Below are positions 51,801 to 62,186 of a DNA stretch of 64,000 nucleotides, one piece after another. Under the pieces are notes generated by a model, which was not told where the DNA came from, made no database searches, and saw only the letters and a program-made list of their open reading frames with translations. Both the position numbers and the translations under genes were made by a program. Origin of the DNA: Lytechinus pictus (lineage: Eukaryota); assembly GCF_037042905.1 (NCBI RefSeq), contig NC_087250.1:15130001-15194000 (forward strand), read 5' to 3'. How positions within the stretch are numbered: the stretch's first letter is position 1; each line of letters opens with the position of its first letter.

Positions 51801-54800
51801 CCCCTGGTCGTTCCTTCTTTTTTAGACTGTATTAAGGAATTGCAATATGATGAAATCTTCACAGGCTGATATTGCCATCGAAATTCAATTTATTACATCC
51901 TTCAAAAAACGAATCATTTTAATAATATTTGAATTAGGACTTTATTCAGACGATAGTGATTTCTGCAAAGTAGGTTTATAGAGGTGTTGTGGTTCAGTGG
52001 ACAGGTCTCCGGACTTTGCACAAGGTCCGAGGTTCAAATCCCAACGCAGCACTCGCGCCCTTTGGCAAGGTGTTTATCTGCAGTTGCTACTCTTCACCCA
52101 GGTGTAGTAAATGGGTATGTAATTGTCAATAATAAACGTATCTATACATCATGATCAGAAACGTCCTGAATGTCGGCCGATGATTCCATATTCTCAAACA
52201 CGTTGAAAAGATGGCACCAAAATGTACATGCTGCTTATCATTTAAAGTCAAAGTCACATACTTGTATTTGTTTATAATGGATGATATTCTCCTTTCAATA
52301 AATGGTTTATCTATTTCATGTACACAGGAGCAGATACAGGTCTGGGAGGGCACAGGGGGGCGAATAGCCCCCCCCCCCCAACGCCAAATTGACGCAGATG
52401 TGGGCATATACAGAATACACTAAACAGGGGTTGATCTTTTCTGAAGGGGGTGCATTTTGTCCCAAATATTTTACAAGCGCCACCCCCCCCCCTTTAAAAA
52501 ACAGTCACCACTGAAACATGAAGAACAATTGGTCTATCGGGGGGGGGGGGGGAATACAAGCGATAAAGAAAAGAGGTCATCACTCAATTTATGAGGTGCG
52601 GTCGCACCTTCTGCCCCCTCCCCCAATCCATGTCTGTTAAGTTGTATCATACTGGTGTGCCCTTCCTAAGTTCCTATGCCCCCCCCCCCTCTCCTTGAGA
52701 ACGAAGCCGTGTTTATTTCTTAAAGGAGAAGTTCACCCTGTTCCTGCCGAGGAGCTGGTTTCAGGATTAGAGAAGAATATTGTTGAAGGTTTGACGAAAA
52801 TTCATCACAGACTATAAGAGCGTTTACATTATGGATTTTAAACTTTAATGCTGCAGTCACATTTCTCCTATGGCTGCTGTACGGCAAGTCGTAAACAGCT
52901 GTTTTAACATTTTGTTGTACTAGCTGCATATAGGTGGTTCGAATCAATATGAATGAAACGGTCGGCTGTTTTCGACTCGCCGTACAGCAGCCGTAGGGGA
53001 AATGTGACTGCAGCATTTATCTCCGACGCCACGGACGTCATAATGGGAGTAATAAGCTCATCAATATCTCATGTAATATAAATTCCATAAATTCGAACCT
53101 TTTAACAGTTAACGGAACATGATGAATAAAAATAGTTTTCCTAAGTAGAAAGGCTTATATTTCTGATAAGATATCCAACCGCACAAATACAATAATGTTC
53201 AAATTGTTGAGATAATAGCTTTTTGCTGAAGTTATATTGCAATACAGAGGAGCTGCTCGTATGCAACGTCAAAACAATAAAAATGTTAAACTTCATATCG
53301 CCGTTATTCTTTGACAAAATATCCATAAAACCTTCGACAGCATTTTTTTCTCGACTTTTCTGCTATTATTACAACCAACTTGAACTTTCCCTTTGAATGA
53401 AGATCATTGGGGAGTGAGTGATAGATTTGGGCATGGCGACCCATTATTGTTATATTCTTACTGCTAAAAAAAATACGTGCCCCGCCTCCCTTTTCGAAGC
53501 CCTGTTTCCGCCTCTGCTTAATCAGTGGATCGAGGAGTATTACATATACGTGAGGAGTATTACATATATATATCATTATAACAATAACCGATTATCTTTG
53601 AGTAGGTGCTAAAAGGTCACAGAGGTTAACATTAAGGTGCTTGAGCGTTTACTGATTGTGGATTGTGCTGATGTATTATTGTATATCTTGTTAATTAAAA
53701 ATAGCAGTAGCTTGAATGTAACAGGTACCTCTGTGGTTTGGGATAGTTTTAAAAGATTAATGAAAAATATTATAAATATGTGCATTTCAAAATATGGAGT
53801 TTTAAAGCCTTCCAAGCCTTGTGTATTGTTTTGGTAAATCTTACTCTCAATATTTTCAAAGTTTTAATTCATTGTCAGATAAAAACGAAGGAGTATATCG
53901 TAAAGTATTTTCATAAAGATTTTTTTTTTTTTTTAGATTTATTTATTTTTTAAAGAGAAGCATAGACCTGCAAACCGTTATAATATTGCAAACCTTAAAG
54001 GGGAAATAAATAAATGTTTACCCTGAAGAAAAGTTTGTTGTAAAAATACAAGAGAAATAAATATGAAACTCTTTGTGAAGGTTTGAGAAGAAGTCAACAA
54101 AGATTAAAAGATGTGATTAGAATTTACAGTTTATGATTTGTGTCGTCATATGAGAACAGCTGCTCCATATGTAATATAAAATGAATATTTTTTAAATGTA
54201 TAATGTTCCATGATAACTATTTCATTTATTTTCTTTCAGAAGCTGATGTGAGACGATTTGTCTGTATGTTGATACACTATACGAACATCCAACTTTCTTA
54301 ATCCTTGTTCGATTTTGATCAAAATTTTAATTTTTGTTTGTCTGATTTTACTTTATCGGTACAAATCATATTATCTTATTCAGCATCATCATCATTCACT
54401 ATTCATTACTATTATTACCATCATAGTATCACCATTATTCTTATTAGATCATTATTATTATTAATCTTCATCCTCATCGTCATCATCGATTATCTTCTTC
54501 TTCTTCATCATCATCATCATTATCATCATCATCATATCATCAGCATTATCATCGACATTTATTATCATTTTCCAGTGACTTCATGGACTTTTCGTAAAAC
54601 AACTGATTCAAATGATATTGGGCTATCAACCGTCACATCGGCGTCACATTCTGCGAACGCCAGCAGACTATCATTCAAGGGCTACGTAAAACAACACACC
54701 ATCTAAAGTTTTTCAAATACAATATTAAACATACCTTTCGGCCGTAGCTCCATGAGGACCTTTCACTGTACGAATTCCGCCTGTAAAACTCAACGGCAGA

Positions 54801-54974
54801 TTCAGAATAAAACCTGACGTGGCCGTCGGATCCCCGAATTCGGTTGCTAGGGCGAGGATCAGCCATGGTGTCCCGCGACGAAACCTCTACTGGGACGGTG
54901 CAACCCACGACAGAGCCAGTCTTGCTGGCCAGATTTATCGAATAAACGTCCAAGATTTGGGCGAGCGCGGACAT
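9989..54974 (-). CDS. NACHT and WD40 repeat protein, NWD1/NWD2 family (DUF4062/TIR-like - NACHT - WD40); whole spliced gene model, 29 exons, about 2230 aa
   Basis: Exons were joined manually through GT-AG introns with consistent phases. Family motifs: SSTFTDFGAER..YPRLRAFC..GFEFQVCDMNWG..CLAEL..SKGPFFV; WYKLDENSVP; GLAGRGKT; LVIFIDGPD; SPLYLRL; GLSWTELNDILSCD..RRMPPALWYRL; YNMRKLNELPHHL; GHTEVITAV..TASRDGSVKLWD. NWD1 versus NWD2 orthology cannot be decided without a tree. Confidence 0.9.
11384..11557 (-). CDS. NWD-like exon (LSETRDHFIAWNL...MPWER)
   Basis: cag acceptor and gtagg donor, phase 2-2. Confidence 0.9.
11746..13855. mobile_element. Intronic non-autonomous TIR transposon (TAG-type termini, possibly Academ-like) with an internal tandem array of about 80 bp
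   Basis: Imperfect TIRs longer than 100 bp (tagtctaggtgattggtg...ttttagcagggggtgccaac and its inverse); array at about 12240-12870. Confidence 0.7.
14285..14409 (-). CDS. NWD-like exon (VFQTVFMYDLGT...GELLL)
   Basis: Translated by hand; cag acceptor and gtgag donor, phase 0-2. Confidence 0.88.
15089..15457 (-). CDS. NWD-like WD40 exon (MSKLGAC...KPSQ)
   Basis: 123 codons with LRIWN and LSVWN repeats, phase 0-0. Confidence 0.92.
15865..16016 (-). CDS. NWD-like WD40 exon (CTTDIVNEL...AVWNLET...KHAQ)
   Basis: cag acceptor and gtagg donor, phase 1-0. Confidence 0.9.
16111..16343. mobile_element. Palindromic MITE (PIF/Harbinger-like); further copies at about 38528-38790, 42059-42330 and, diverged, 38154-38306
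   Basis: gggcccgtcttacaaagagtt...aactcttcgtaagacggggccc TIR and a shared internal sequence. Confidence 0.75.
16365..16710. repeat. Degenerate tandem repeat of about 100 bp
   Basis: Repeated gatgcaagaaa...gataaattgcaaacatcaattacaaatatagatcaa. Confidence 0.75.
17167..17327. mobile_element. Small hAT-like MITE
   Basis: caggggccgcggaac...gttccgcggcccctg TIR. Confidence 0.65.
17356..17521 (-). CDS. NWD-like WD40 exon (VHKLSPP...LRAVT)
   Basis: tag acceptor and gtaac donor, phase 0-1. Confidence 0.88.
17743..18072 (+). pseudogene. Inverted 330-bp copy of 20083-20412 (3' part of an NWD exon, its donor site and intron)
   Basis: Direct reverse-complement match. The translation LINYEWTPAKLRAVSL...NALLK differs from the real exon at 2 aa (4 substitutions in 156 coding nt). 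Confidence 0.95.
18545..18916 (-). CDS. NWD-like WD40 exon (ISSIRLC...RTGNK)
   Basis: 124 codons, phase 0-0, cag acceptor and gtaag donor. Confidence 0.92.
19262..19609 (-). CDS. NWD-like exon with the first WD40 repeat (DPNQLASQMVGRL...GHTEVITAV...KLWD...GKE)
   Basis: GH...WD repeat; 116 codons, phase 0-0. Confidence 0.95.
19762..20205 (-). mobile_element. Diverged solo LTR filling most of an NWD intron
   Basis: TGTT...AACA ends. Blocks such as gtattactcattcttcttccagctaaa and attcagagtaaag are shared with 2083-2677. Confidence 0.6.
20257..20507 (-). CDS. NWD-like exon (YNMRKLNELPHHL...NALLK)
   Basis: Family motif NxRKLxELPxHL; phase 1-0. Confidence 0.94.
22508..22671 (-). CDS. NWD-like exon (YLNQKD...HSALGEYFMGKWA...IKPS)
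   Basis: Family motif HxxLAxYFxGxW; phase 2-1. Confidence 0.92.
23398..23695 (-). CDS. NWD-like exon, winged-helix region (LETKHGEPLV...GLSWTELNDILSCD...QQFREAATE)
   Basis: Translated by hand; the ORF track shows a different frame. Strong NWD family motifs, phase 1-2. Confidence 0.94.
24099..24354 (-). CDS. NWD-like exon (KQCLDAD...SPLYLRL...WRSF...KMLN)
   Basis: STAND helical-domain PLYL motif; canonical sites, phase 0-1. Confidence 0.93.
24640..25318. mobile_element. Helentron-associated (DINE/pearl/Tsp-like) element with internal tandem repeats of about 180 bp
   Basis: Subterminal inverted repeat tgtctcgcccac / gtgggcgagaca, terminal hairpin gtctcgcc..ggcgagac, (GGAC)n microsatellite, and tandem atgacctttgacct units. 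A degenerate relative lies at about 31093-31297. Confidence 0.7.
25816..26034 (-). CDS. NWD-like exon with the Walker B motif (PLVIFIDGPDKL...WLPSNLPENVKIVVS)
   Basis: Within ORF 25765..26163; 73 codons, phase 0-0. Confidence 0.95.
26102..26376 (+). mobile_element. tRNA-derived SINE with a Meta-like central domain
   Basis: A box TGGCTCAGTTGG, B box GGTTCAAAC, then gtcagaccaaaagacgttaaaagatggg...ttggcgttcaacgattaaaggg, and an AT-rich tail. Confidence 0.8.
27077..27206 (-). CDS. NWD-like exon (RDAATVVRFVGLTAES...AVPE)
   Basis: NACHT motif VRFxGxTxxS...LxxICxQI; canonical sites. Confidence 0.92.
27220..27524 (-). mobile_element. tRNA-derived SINE with a (TTA)n tail
   Basis: Minus-strand A box TGGCCCAGTGG, B box GGTTCGAATCC, core caacccaggtgag..atgggtacc. 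Confidence 0.85.
28191..28349 (-). CDS. NWD-like exon with the NACHT Walker A motif (FYGRKE...PLVLCGLAGRGKTSL)
   Basis: Missed by the ORF track and translated by hand. P-loop GLAGRGKT at 28238-28261; phase 2-2. Confidence 0.95.
28895..29210. repeat. (CTA)n microsatellite
   Basis: Direct inspection. Confidence 0.95.
29315..29544 (-). CDS. NWD-like exon (IGFSNVHEH...LYEEVAQHINFLQE)
   Basis: Family motif LYxEVxQH; tag acceptor and gtagg donor, phase 0-2. Confidence 0.9.
30520..30734 (-). CDS. NWD-like exon (NERELDHAV...KVPSK)
   Basis: Within ORF 30388..30735; cag acceptor and gtatg donor, phase 1-0. Confidence 0.9.
31340..31497 (-). CDS. NWD-like exon (SQFREILSND...ESYLQT)
   Basis: Open frame, phase 2-1, bridges the neighbouring exons. 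Confidence 0.85.
32043..32192 (-). CDS. NWD-like exon (EVERLPG...TWYKLDENSVPPLYVLQPI)
   Basis: Family motif WYxxDENxVPxxYxLxP; canonical sites, phase 2-2. Confidence 0.92.
33253..33270 (-). CDS. Candidate 18-nt micro-exon (RNSVW)
   Basis: catacag|TCGGAATTCAGTTTGGCG|gtaagt, phase 2-2. Supported only by splice signals and frame. Confidence 0.4.
34666..34740 (-). CDS. Candidate 75-nt symmetric cassette exon (AKRSLLSSVNRMMLSMRVFGGINR); an alternative in-frame acceptor at 34716 gives 51 nt
   Basis: Pyrimidine tract plus ag, CG|gtaacg donor, phase 2-2, open frame. Confidence 0.5.
34845..35465. repeat. cacagtgtg-rich dispersed repeat; a related inverted fragment lies at about 30215-30455
   Basis: Recurrent cacagtgtgg/tgtgaacac motifs and a shared ctggaaag..cagtgt end. 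Confidence 0.55.
36801..37291. repeat. Three tandem units of about 180 bp, each containing a palindromic MITE
   Basis: Repeated ..cccgtaacataaagcttagcaattgatcccggtct...ttatgttacgggcccc plus a spacer. Confidence 0.85.
37346..37405 (-). CDS. Candidate 60-nt symmetric cassette exon (IEEQLNSGPPTVESKKDGT)
   Basis: gcag acceptor, AG|gtaac donor, phase 2-2, open in the required frame. Confidence 0.6.
38100..38160 (-). pseudogene. Degenerate 3' half of tRNA-Leu with an encoded CCA end
   Basis: The reverse complement reads ...CCAGTCGTTCTGTGGACCTGGGTTGAAATCCCACCACTGCCACCA, resembling the variable arm, T arm and acceptor of eukaryotic tRNA-Leu. Confidence 0.5.
38338..38480 (-). CDS. NWD-like exon (TLMGQKMGFQALP...RRPSMFPTQ)
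   Basis: Continues the family pattern F-V-x-L-x-G-x-K-x-G. tag acceptor, AG|gtaaag donor, phase 0-2. Confidence 0.85.
38820..39137 (-). mobile_element. tRNA-derived SINE, same family as 27220-27524
   Basis: Shared cttgctgaaggaaa..cgccatggctgggatt.gaacccac and ggtacccatt..ctcacctgggttga. Confidence 0.8.
39340..39620. repeat. (GAT)n microsatellite
   Basis: Direct inspection. Confidence 0.95.
39661..39863 (-). CDS. NWD-like exon: DUF4062/TIR-like core
   Basis: DFGAERTVLVAKAYPRLRAFCRDRGFEFQVCDMNWG...CLAELEECEKVSKGPFFV; canonical splice sites. Confidence 0.93.
40661..41555 (-). CDS. NWD-like exon: Ser/Pro-rich disordered region and start of the DUF4062 domain (FRLCVSSTFT)
   Basis: 895-nt open frame overlapping ORF 40611..41444, cacag acceptor, G|gtaaag donor. 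G+AT gives SSTFTD with the next exon. Confidence 0.9.
42497..42589 (-). CDS. NWD-like exon (RRFRERADPW...KFKPR)
   Basis: ttttccag acceptor, AGG|gtaag donor, 31 codons, phase 0-0. Confidence 0.78.
43209..43292 (-). CDS. NWD-like exon (SSSQRYSRRK...ISYLR)
   Basis: Strong pyrimidine tract plus cag acceptor, AGG|gtaag donor, 28 codons, phase 0-0. Confidence 0.75.
43957..44061 (-). CDS. NWD-like exon (TELASS...PDING)
   Basis: ttttcag| acceptor, |gtaagt donor, 35 open codons, phase 0-0. Confidence 0.75.
44275..44770. repeat. Near-identical direct tandem duplication, period 247 bp
   Basis: aaaaggcaatcgctcctcccgacgcaagggg... starts at 44275 and 44522. Confidence 0.92.
48589..48940. mobile_element. 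hAT-type MITE
   Basis: TIR cactagcgtaccta / taggtacgccactg with a perfect 8-bp TSD CCTACAGC. Confidence 0.85.
51981..52117 (+). mobile_element. Truncated tRNA-derived SINE
   Basis: A box tggttcagtgg, B box ggttcaaatcc, core cacccaggtgtagtaaatgggta. Confidence 0.7.
54735..54974 (-). CDS. Probable first coding exon of the NWD-like gene (MSALAQ...SYGRK)
   Basis: ATG-initiated, CpG-rich, 80-codon open frame ending AAG|gtatg. Phase 0 is compatible with the acceptor at 44061. Linkage across the 10.7-kb intron is inferred. Confidence 0.55.
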
Positions 54975-57916
54975 AGTGGATCCATTATTCCATGTACAGA
55001 TGGAAGAATCGGAAGTTTACTCGCTCGAAATGTTATTCCAGTCTTTAGTGATGCAACGAGCACGATCCGAGTCTTCACACTTGAGATATATTTCAAACTT
55101 CAACTATATTGTATATGTTCAGATATATTTTATGCACGTATAAGCGGTTCGCGATGAAAAGAAAATCACAGCTTTTCATTGTATTGAACTATTCAACCAA
55201 CCTTGTACTTTTTGCCAGCCATGCCAATTTTCACGATCCAGATTTTGCAGTTTGCTCTACAGCGAGCAAATTTGTTTCCCTCCTTGGTACAAATAATAAG
55301 TGGGATGGAAGTTAGAGGTGCGATATCACAGTTGAGAATGACCGACTAACTTGAGTGTATGTATAGTCTTTTTTATCGACTGGTGCGATCCAAAACTTTG
55401 AGACGAGCATAAATCAATATTCCAATACTGTATACTTGGCACGTGTAGAATTTCTCAATGGGAATGCTGAGACGCTTGAGTGTGTGTGCGTCTGGTAAAC
55501 AATAGTTTGGTGTAGCATTCGACAGTTTGTTGTGTTGAGCGAAAGAAATCTGGGTATTAGCGGGGAAATATATCCTTCACGGTTTACACAAGTGTATTAG
55601 AGATTGGGGTGTATTAGTGAGGGGTAAACACCCCTCCCCCATGACTCCTCAACTCTCTCTTTCCTTCTTTCCCTTTTCTTGTTCTCTTTCTTTCTTTCTC
55701 TATTTCCTCTTTTCGTTTTTTCTCTTTATTTATCTCTCTGTCCCCCTCATCTTCTTTCTAACTCCCCACCCTCTCTAACTTGTTCCACTTCGCTATAGAC
55801 CATCTGTGAGTCGATATGTTTTATTTATATATTAATTTCTTCCTTTCTCCCTATATCTTTCTTAATTTCTTAATTTTCCCCCATCCTTTTCATTTTCTTC
55901 ATCCCTCATCCTCTCTCATTTGTTCAACTTTTCTCTTATCTCATCCGGTGAATCGATCTTTTTCTTTCTTTCTTTATTTATTTCTTCCTTCCTCCCTTTC
56001 TTTCCGTCTCTTTCAAAGGCTGTTTCCCTTTTTAATTTTCTGTACATTTTCCGTCACCCCTCCCTCATTCATAAGAACACATACGCACTCACACACACAC
56101 ACATTATCCCCCTTCTATCTTTCTATATCTCATCGTTCTTTTATCTTCTTGTTTGTTTAGCGTACTCTCCATGGTAACAGTACAATTTCAACTTCACTCA
56201 ATCTATCTATCCCTCCCTCACCGTTTACCTTTAACAGAAACCGAAAATAGTGAAGAGTTGAGTGTAAAAAAAGCCCACCTTAGCATAGATAGGTCATATA
56301 AGGCCAAATAGAGCATGAAGATATGAATACAGCAACCTATGAAATGAAAAAAAAATAGTCGTTATGCGTGAGGATTTAATCCTCCCGAGCTTACCCCCCG
56401 GAGGCAATGGGATGTGTTTCCCTGATCAATATTTCTTTCATAGGTTGAAATATTTCTTAATTGATTTTTCTCTCAATTATTCATTTTTTAATGATTCCCT
56501 GACTTGATGGTGAAATCGTTATGGTTATCTGAAGAACGGGGCCTATACTACATTTGTTCACCGGCTACCCCTACACCTCATTGAGAGTAATGACACTGAT
56601 TGAAATGAAAATCAAATTTTGATATAATTTAACAAATTTTGTATATAGGTCGATCGTAAAACATTGTTAGGGGACATGTTCCCCTAGTCCCCAACCCTAG
56701 CTCCTCGGCCATCTACGTGATCTAGTCCTATACGCTATTATGTGTTTGGGTGTGTGGGGCGGGGGGGGGGGTGTTGATTTCTGTTTTCCTGCAAATCATT
56801 CGGTCATTCAATATTAATTATTATTAATATACATAAAGGGTTGGGGGCTCAGTTTAGTTAGTTTTTGCACATCCTTGTTGATATAAAAATGAAGAATTGT
56901 ATTCTTTTGTATTTATCTGGAGTTTATGTAATCCATTTGAATGTAATCCTTAATAAAAACATGTTGAAAAAAAAAGTGTGTGAAACTGCCAGAGAGTGAA
57001 GCAAGGAAAACATTAGTATTTTATTTAATTGATTTTATCGTATCACGATAATGATAAAGCGTGTTCATTCATATACAGTATGTATTTTTTCAACCTTGAA
57101 ACACGTGGGATGTTTTTTCTGCCTTCCTCCCCCCCCCCCCGCCCCATATTAACGATTTCATCCAAAACTATTTATTACAAAACAAAATACAAATATTCAT
57201 TTTGTGTTAACAATTACCCACAGAGTGAGTTCTACAAAAATATTTGCCATCCACTAAAGAAAATGATAATAGAATGAAATGCCAAAAATACAATAGTATA
57301 GACTGACTAAGAAAACTATACCAACTGTGGAACTCACGATATATGGTAATTAGTATTCATGAATGATCTGTTTGTCAACAGGCCCCTGGGCGTGCGCCTG
57401 TAATCCAAGCTATGCATGCGGGGAAGTTACAAATTGATGCAGAGGTTCGAGCCCTGGTCTCGTCTTTCGGATGGTGACGTTAAAGGTAGGTCCCAGACGT
57501 AAATAATCATATCTGATTGATACACGTCTGATAAAACTCAAATACACACATTCCCTCCCACGCACACGCACAAAGCCGGGCACACAAATGTTATAACTGC
57601 AGGGGTACATCTCCCCGCTGTCTACACCCTATAGTGGCGCCACTTCCATCAACCCATCCCCCTCCCACCTCTCTCTCTCTCTCTCTCTATCTCTTTCACA
57701 TATACACATACGCAAACGCACCTGCCCTCCATCACAAATTGCCTTCTAATGATTTTTTTTTTTTGGGGGGGGCATCATTGCACAAACGTTACTATTATAT
57801 TAACTTTGCCATCCAATCCTGTTAACTATGGTAACAATGCTAATCAACCAATCAGAATCAAGGATTTCGGTGAAGTTACCAATGGATGGCAAAGTTACTG
57901 TACTAGTAACTTTTAT

Positions 57917-58323
57917 GGGTAATTTACCGATTGGTCTATTGCCAACACGTCCACTGATAACATGGTCTACCTTCATTTAGTCTATAATGCTATTTCGTCC
58001 ATTTCGTCTAACCATGCTAACAGACAGTTGGTCTAATAGCAATTTGGTCTAATATTCACTTCGTCTAATCACCAATTCGTCTATCCCATTTCATCTCAAA
58101 ACCAGTTGGTCTAATACCCATTTCTTTCCATTCATTTCGCCCAATTGGACCAAATGATATATGGACTAAATTGCTATTGGACCAACTGGCTATTACTCGA
58201 ACTGGTGAATGGACGAAATGGCACTCAGACCATGTGGATAGTGGACGAACTGATGGTAGACCACATCATGGTAGACGAGTTGGTAATTAGACGAATTGGC
58301 ATTAGACCAAATGGAAATAAACC
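57917..58323. mobile_element. Palindromic MITE built from short ttggtcta/tagacca repeats
   Basis: Left-arm ggtcta/cgtcta motifs are mirrored by tagacc/tagacg motifs on the right. Confidence 0.6.
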
Positions 58324-58834
58324 ACTTGCCGTGAAGGCATCTTCCATGGAAGGACACGGGGCAGATCCATACATCAAAGTCCAATCTGGACTAATTAAAT
58401 GGTTGACAGGTTGAAGGAAAATACGATAACATTTTTTTCTTGGGGAAGATACTTTATCAACTGAGAACACAGATGCATGTCTGCCTGGAAAATCGTTATG
58501 TTTACGAGATCAAAATAATCAGACAATGATGCATTTCTCATACACTTGGCACTTGGTTGCTGATTCTTGATGTAGCAATCGTGACAATACTATTTCCCCT
58601 TATCATTGGTTGAAATAAAATCGTCAAACAGTATGGTAATTGGATATGTATCAGATATGAGAGAACATGAAATGGAATAAAACATAAGTCATAAACTCCC
58701 CGATTCCAGCTAAAGTCTTTAACTTTAGACAATTCAATTTAACAACCATTGGTGTTCATCTGTAGCAGTGATGGTAGTGATGGTGATTGTAATGAGTAGA
58801 ATCCTGTCGATAATATGGACATTTATTTTCAAAA

Positions 58835-59900
58835 AATAATATGAAAATGACAAAGATGATAATAATACGTCATAATAATAAAAAAACAGAAATATTGATG
58901 ACAAAGTGTAATGATAATGATATATCTAAAATTATAACAATAATGACGGCTATGTTAACAATATTAGTAGTAGTTGTAATAATAATGAATAATAATAATA
59001 ACAAAAATAATGATGGTGATGATAATAATATTAATAAACATAATAATAATAATAATGATGATAATGATGATGATGATGATGATGATGATGATATAGTAAT
59101 AATAATAAAAACAGCAACAAATATGACGAAAATGATGATGACAATATTATAATGGATAACACATTCAGAAAATAATCATGACAAAAATAAAAATATTTGT
59201 TAAGTTGTATAAAATTTGAAAACAACGCGGAATTAAGGACGAAATAAATAATGTATTAAGTTTGTATCTATATCTAGCATTTCTCTTCTCGTTGGTGATA
59301 AAACCAATGATACTGATCATGATGATGATAATACAACACACAAAAATAGTGATAAGAATAATATCAACAATAACAATGGCTATGGTTATGATGATGATGA
59401 TGATAATGCTACTACTAATAATAATGATAATAAGAAATATAATAATTATAACAATAATAATATAGTATAAACAGCGGCAACGAGAAAAAGTAACAAATAT
59501 AATAATAATAATGAGGTAATATTATACTAATAGTAGTACTGATAATTATAATGGGGATGATGATGATATTGATAACATTAAAAATAAAAAAATTATTATC
59601 ATAACAATAATAAAGTAATATGAATAAAATTCATATCAACGAAAATAATCGGAATTACAAAAGTGATAGGAAAAATGAATAAATAACAACAATATTTAAA
59701 AGCAACAATAATAATTATCTTGATAATTATGATTATAACAATAACACTGAAAATAATAACAACATTGTTGTATATGACGATAATGATACAAAATCAATAG
59801 TAACGACATTGAACATAAATAATTATTGCAGCAACGGTGATGGTGATGATGATGATGATGACGATAATGGTAATGACACAAATCATATTAAAAAAATAAC
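58835..59900. repeat. Degenerate (AAT)n/(GAT)n low-complexity tract
   Basis: Direct inspection. Confidence 0.9.
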
Positions 59901-60132
59901 AAAAGCCAATTTAAAATAATAAACTCTCGCAAATAGATAAGACAACTTCAAGGTATTTGCCATTGTTTGACCACAGAGCCGTAGTGGATTGTTTTTGCTT
60001 AAAATGAAATAGTTCATGTAGCTCTAAAGTTTTATTAGTTAATTGCAAAAGTGGGAAATTAAGCTCCATTATTACATATTCAAGTTCTAAATCAAGTGTA
60101 TACATGCAGTCGTTGCATATCACTGTGTCTTG

Positions 60133-60736
60133 CAGGGCCCTGGGAACGATTTTTTGACTGGGGGTGCTGATGTCAATTTGACAAGCAAAAAAAAAAGGTT
60201 TCACTCCAGAACAAAGGTCATAAAAAAAAATCACCGAAAAAGAAAATGATGGTCATTTACCTCCCGAGCAATTTGACAAGCAAAAAAAGGGGGTTTCTGT
60301 AAAAAGTATATGTACTTTTTTATTACATTAAGTTTCTCCACTTTGTCACACCGTCCAGAATTCCTGGGGTTGCTGCCCATGGAAAATAATACAGGCAGCA
60401 CCCCCGCTTCCCAGGGCCATGGGCCCGTATTCTGAAGTCAGGTTTAACTTAGACCATGGTCTAACTCTGTTCTAATATTATGGGATGCCAAACGTTTCAA
60501 ATTTTTGTTTACAGTGATTGCTTCTCATGTTTACTGTGCTCTTTACAAATTCTTTAATGGTGAAGACAACTGTCATACATATCCTTCCCAGGCAGTAAAT
60601 AATGTTTTCGGAGTCAAATGAGCTGATACATTGAACCTCTACTGTTAGAGATTTATGTAACAACTGGCTTTCCATAGTTAAACCACAACTTAAAACCAGA
60701 GTTTAAATTAAACTCGACGCCAGAATACGGGCCATG
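60133..60736. mobile_element. hAT-type MITE with a nested Harbinger-like MITE (60422-60733)
   Basis: Outer TSD GTGTCTTG at 60125-60132 and 60737-60744; inner TIR ggcccgtattctg / cagaatacgggcc with TSD ATG. Confidence 0.85.
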
Positions 60737-61090
60737 GTGTCTTGTTAATGCGAAATGCCATAATTAGCATCGCTCCCTCGTATTGTAGTAATTTACTTTC
60801 ATTTTGTTCATATTTAGACCTCTGAGTAAGAGCTTATCTAATATTTCGTAAATTATTATTGTGTTAATGATTAATACATTTCACTTTGACTCTAGTTTTC
60901 CAATATTACGAATCTTAATGATCGCACAAGCTGCTAAATGAACTTTTCACAAATTGGTTAAAGAATGGTACAGATTGAAAATAATTTTTATCGGATTTTT
61001 CGTGAATTCGACGCTTATGAGCTATGACGATTGGTGAAACCTATCCCCTATTGATGAGTGGATTGTACAATGTTGAATGCAAGGTCCAGT

Positions 61091-61134
61091 TTAATAGAGA
61101 GGGATCGGTGCCGGAACGGCTTGGTTAAGATCAC
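61091..61134 (-). CDS. Last coding exon of the Kazal gene (GDLNQAVPAPIPLY*)
   Basis: Long pyrimidine tract plus cag, phase 1 match, TAA stop. Confidence 0.7.
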
Positions 61135-61480
61135 CTGTTGATGAGAGAAAAAAATACAGAGAGACTGGTTCTTACATTATACATATTATACGGCTGCTCA
61201 GTAGGGGTTTTTCGCAACCACTACGCAGACGCTTTCTGGAACATAGAGAATATATTGTCAAAATCCCTTCAAGTCAAAGCAGCCTTTGTCGAAAATCGGA
61301 GAATCAAAGCAGCAGTTTCGTCCGCGACTCTGGACAAACGATATATTTGCAAGTTTTCGTCGGCTCCAAATCCTAGGACAAAGAGAAAGACCTCGGGCCT
61401 CTCAGCTGATCATTGTAATTTGACATGCGCATTTTAATGTATTTAGTATGTTCTAGAATCTGTCCCCGTTGCAACTGCGA

Positions 61481-62093
61481 AAGGGGTACTCCAGGCTCCA
61501 AATGATATGATATGAATAGATAGAAAATCTGATAAATAAAACATTAACAAAAAACTGATAAAAATCGGACAAGTAATAAAACAAAGCTATGATGACATTT
61601 TAAAAATTTGCATTATTCCAGTGAAACCGTTGTAGGCATGTCTTCATGAATATTCAATGAGCAAACTGATGATATCATATCCCCACTTGCTTTTTTGTCT
61701 TCATGAAATTAGGTTAATTCACATTTTCCTCCAAGAACTTGGAAAATCGGATTGACAACTGATTTAGTGCATTAGATATTCATTGTGGCAACCTATTCAT
61801 TATGAGAGAGACATATCCTGAATCTTTTAATACAGATGTATGAAAAAATGAAACAATTATGACTTCATGTAATAACACAAGAAAAAGGAAAGTGAGGATG
61901 TTACATCATCAGCCCACCTAATGAATATCCATGATGATGAATATATAACCGTTTTCACAAAATATTGCTTAACTTTAAATTTCAATAACCTCGTTATTTG
62001 TTATCGTTATTTTTAATGAAATTTTCAGCATTATGCTATGTAAATGTTACTCTATTTATTTAGATACAAATATTTTTAGCCCGGAGTCCCCTT
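61481..62093. mobile_element. Kolobok-like MITE in a Kazal-gene intron
   Basis: aaggggtactccaggct...agcccggagtcccctt inverted ends. Related ttaaagg-start fragments lie at 17655, 52720 and 53995. Confidence 0.55.
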
Positions 62094-62186
62094 TTTGTGT
62101 CATATATTACTTTTCTTCGGCCTTATGTCTTGTGCAAGCGTACAAGCTCTACCCAGCTTAATTATGGATATTGATGATAAACATAC

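Noticed and set aside
51317..51835. 172-aa plus-strand ORF
   Set aside because: No recognisable domain, a non-ATG start, and drift into AT-rich non-coding composition.
55640..56160. Phe/Leu/Ser-rich ORFs
   Set aside because: CT-rich low-complexity tract.
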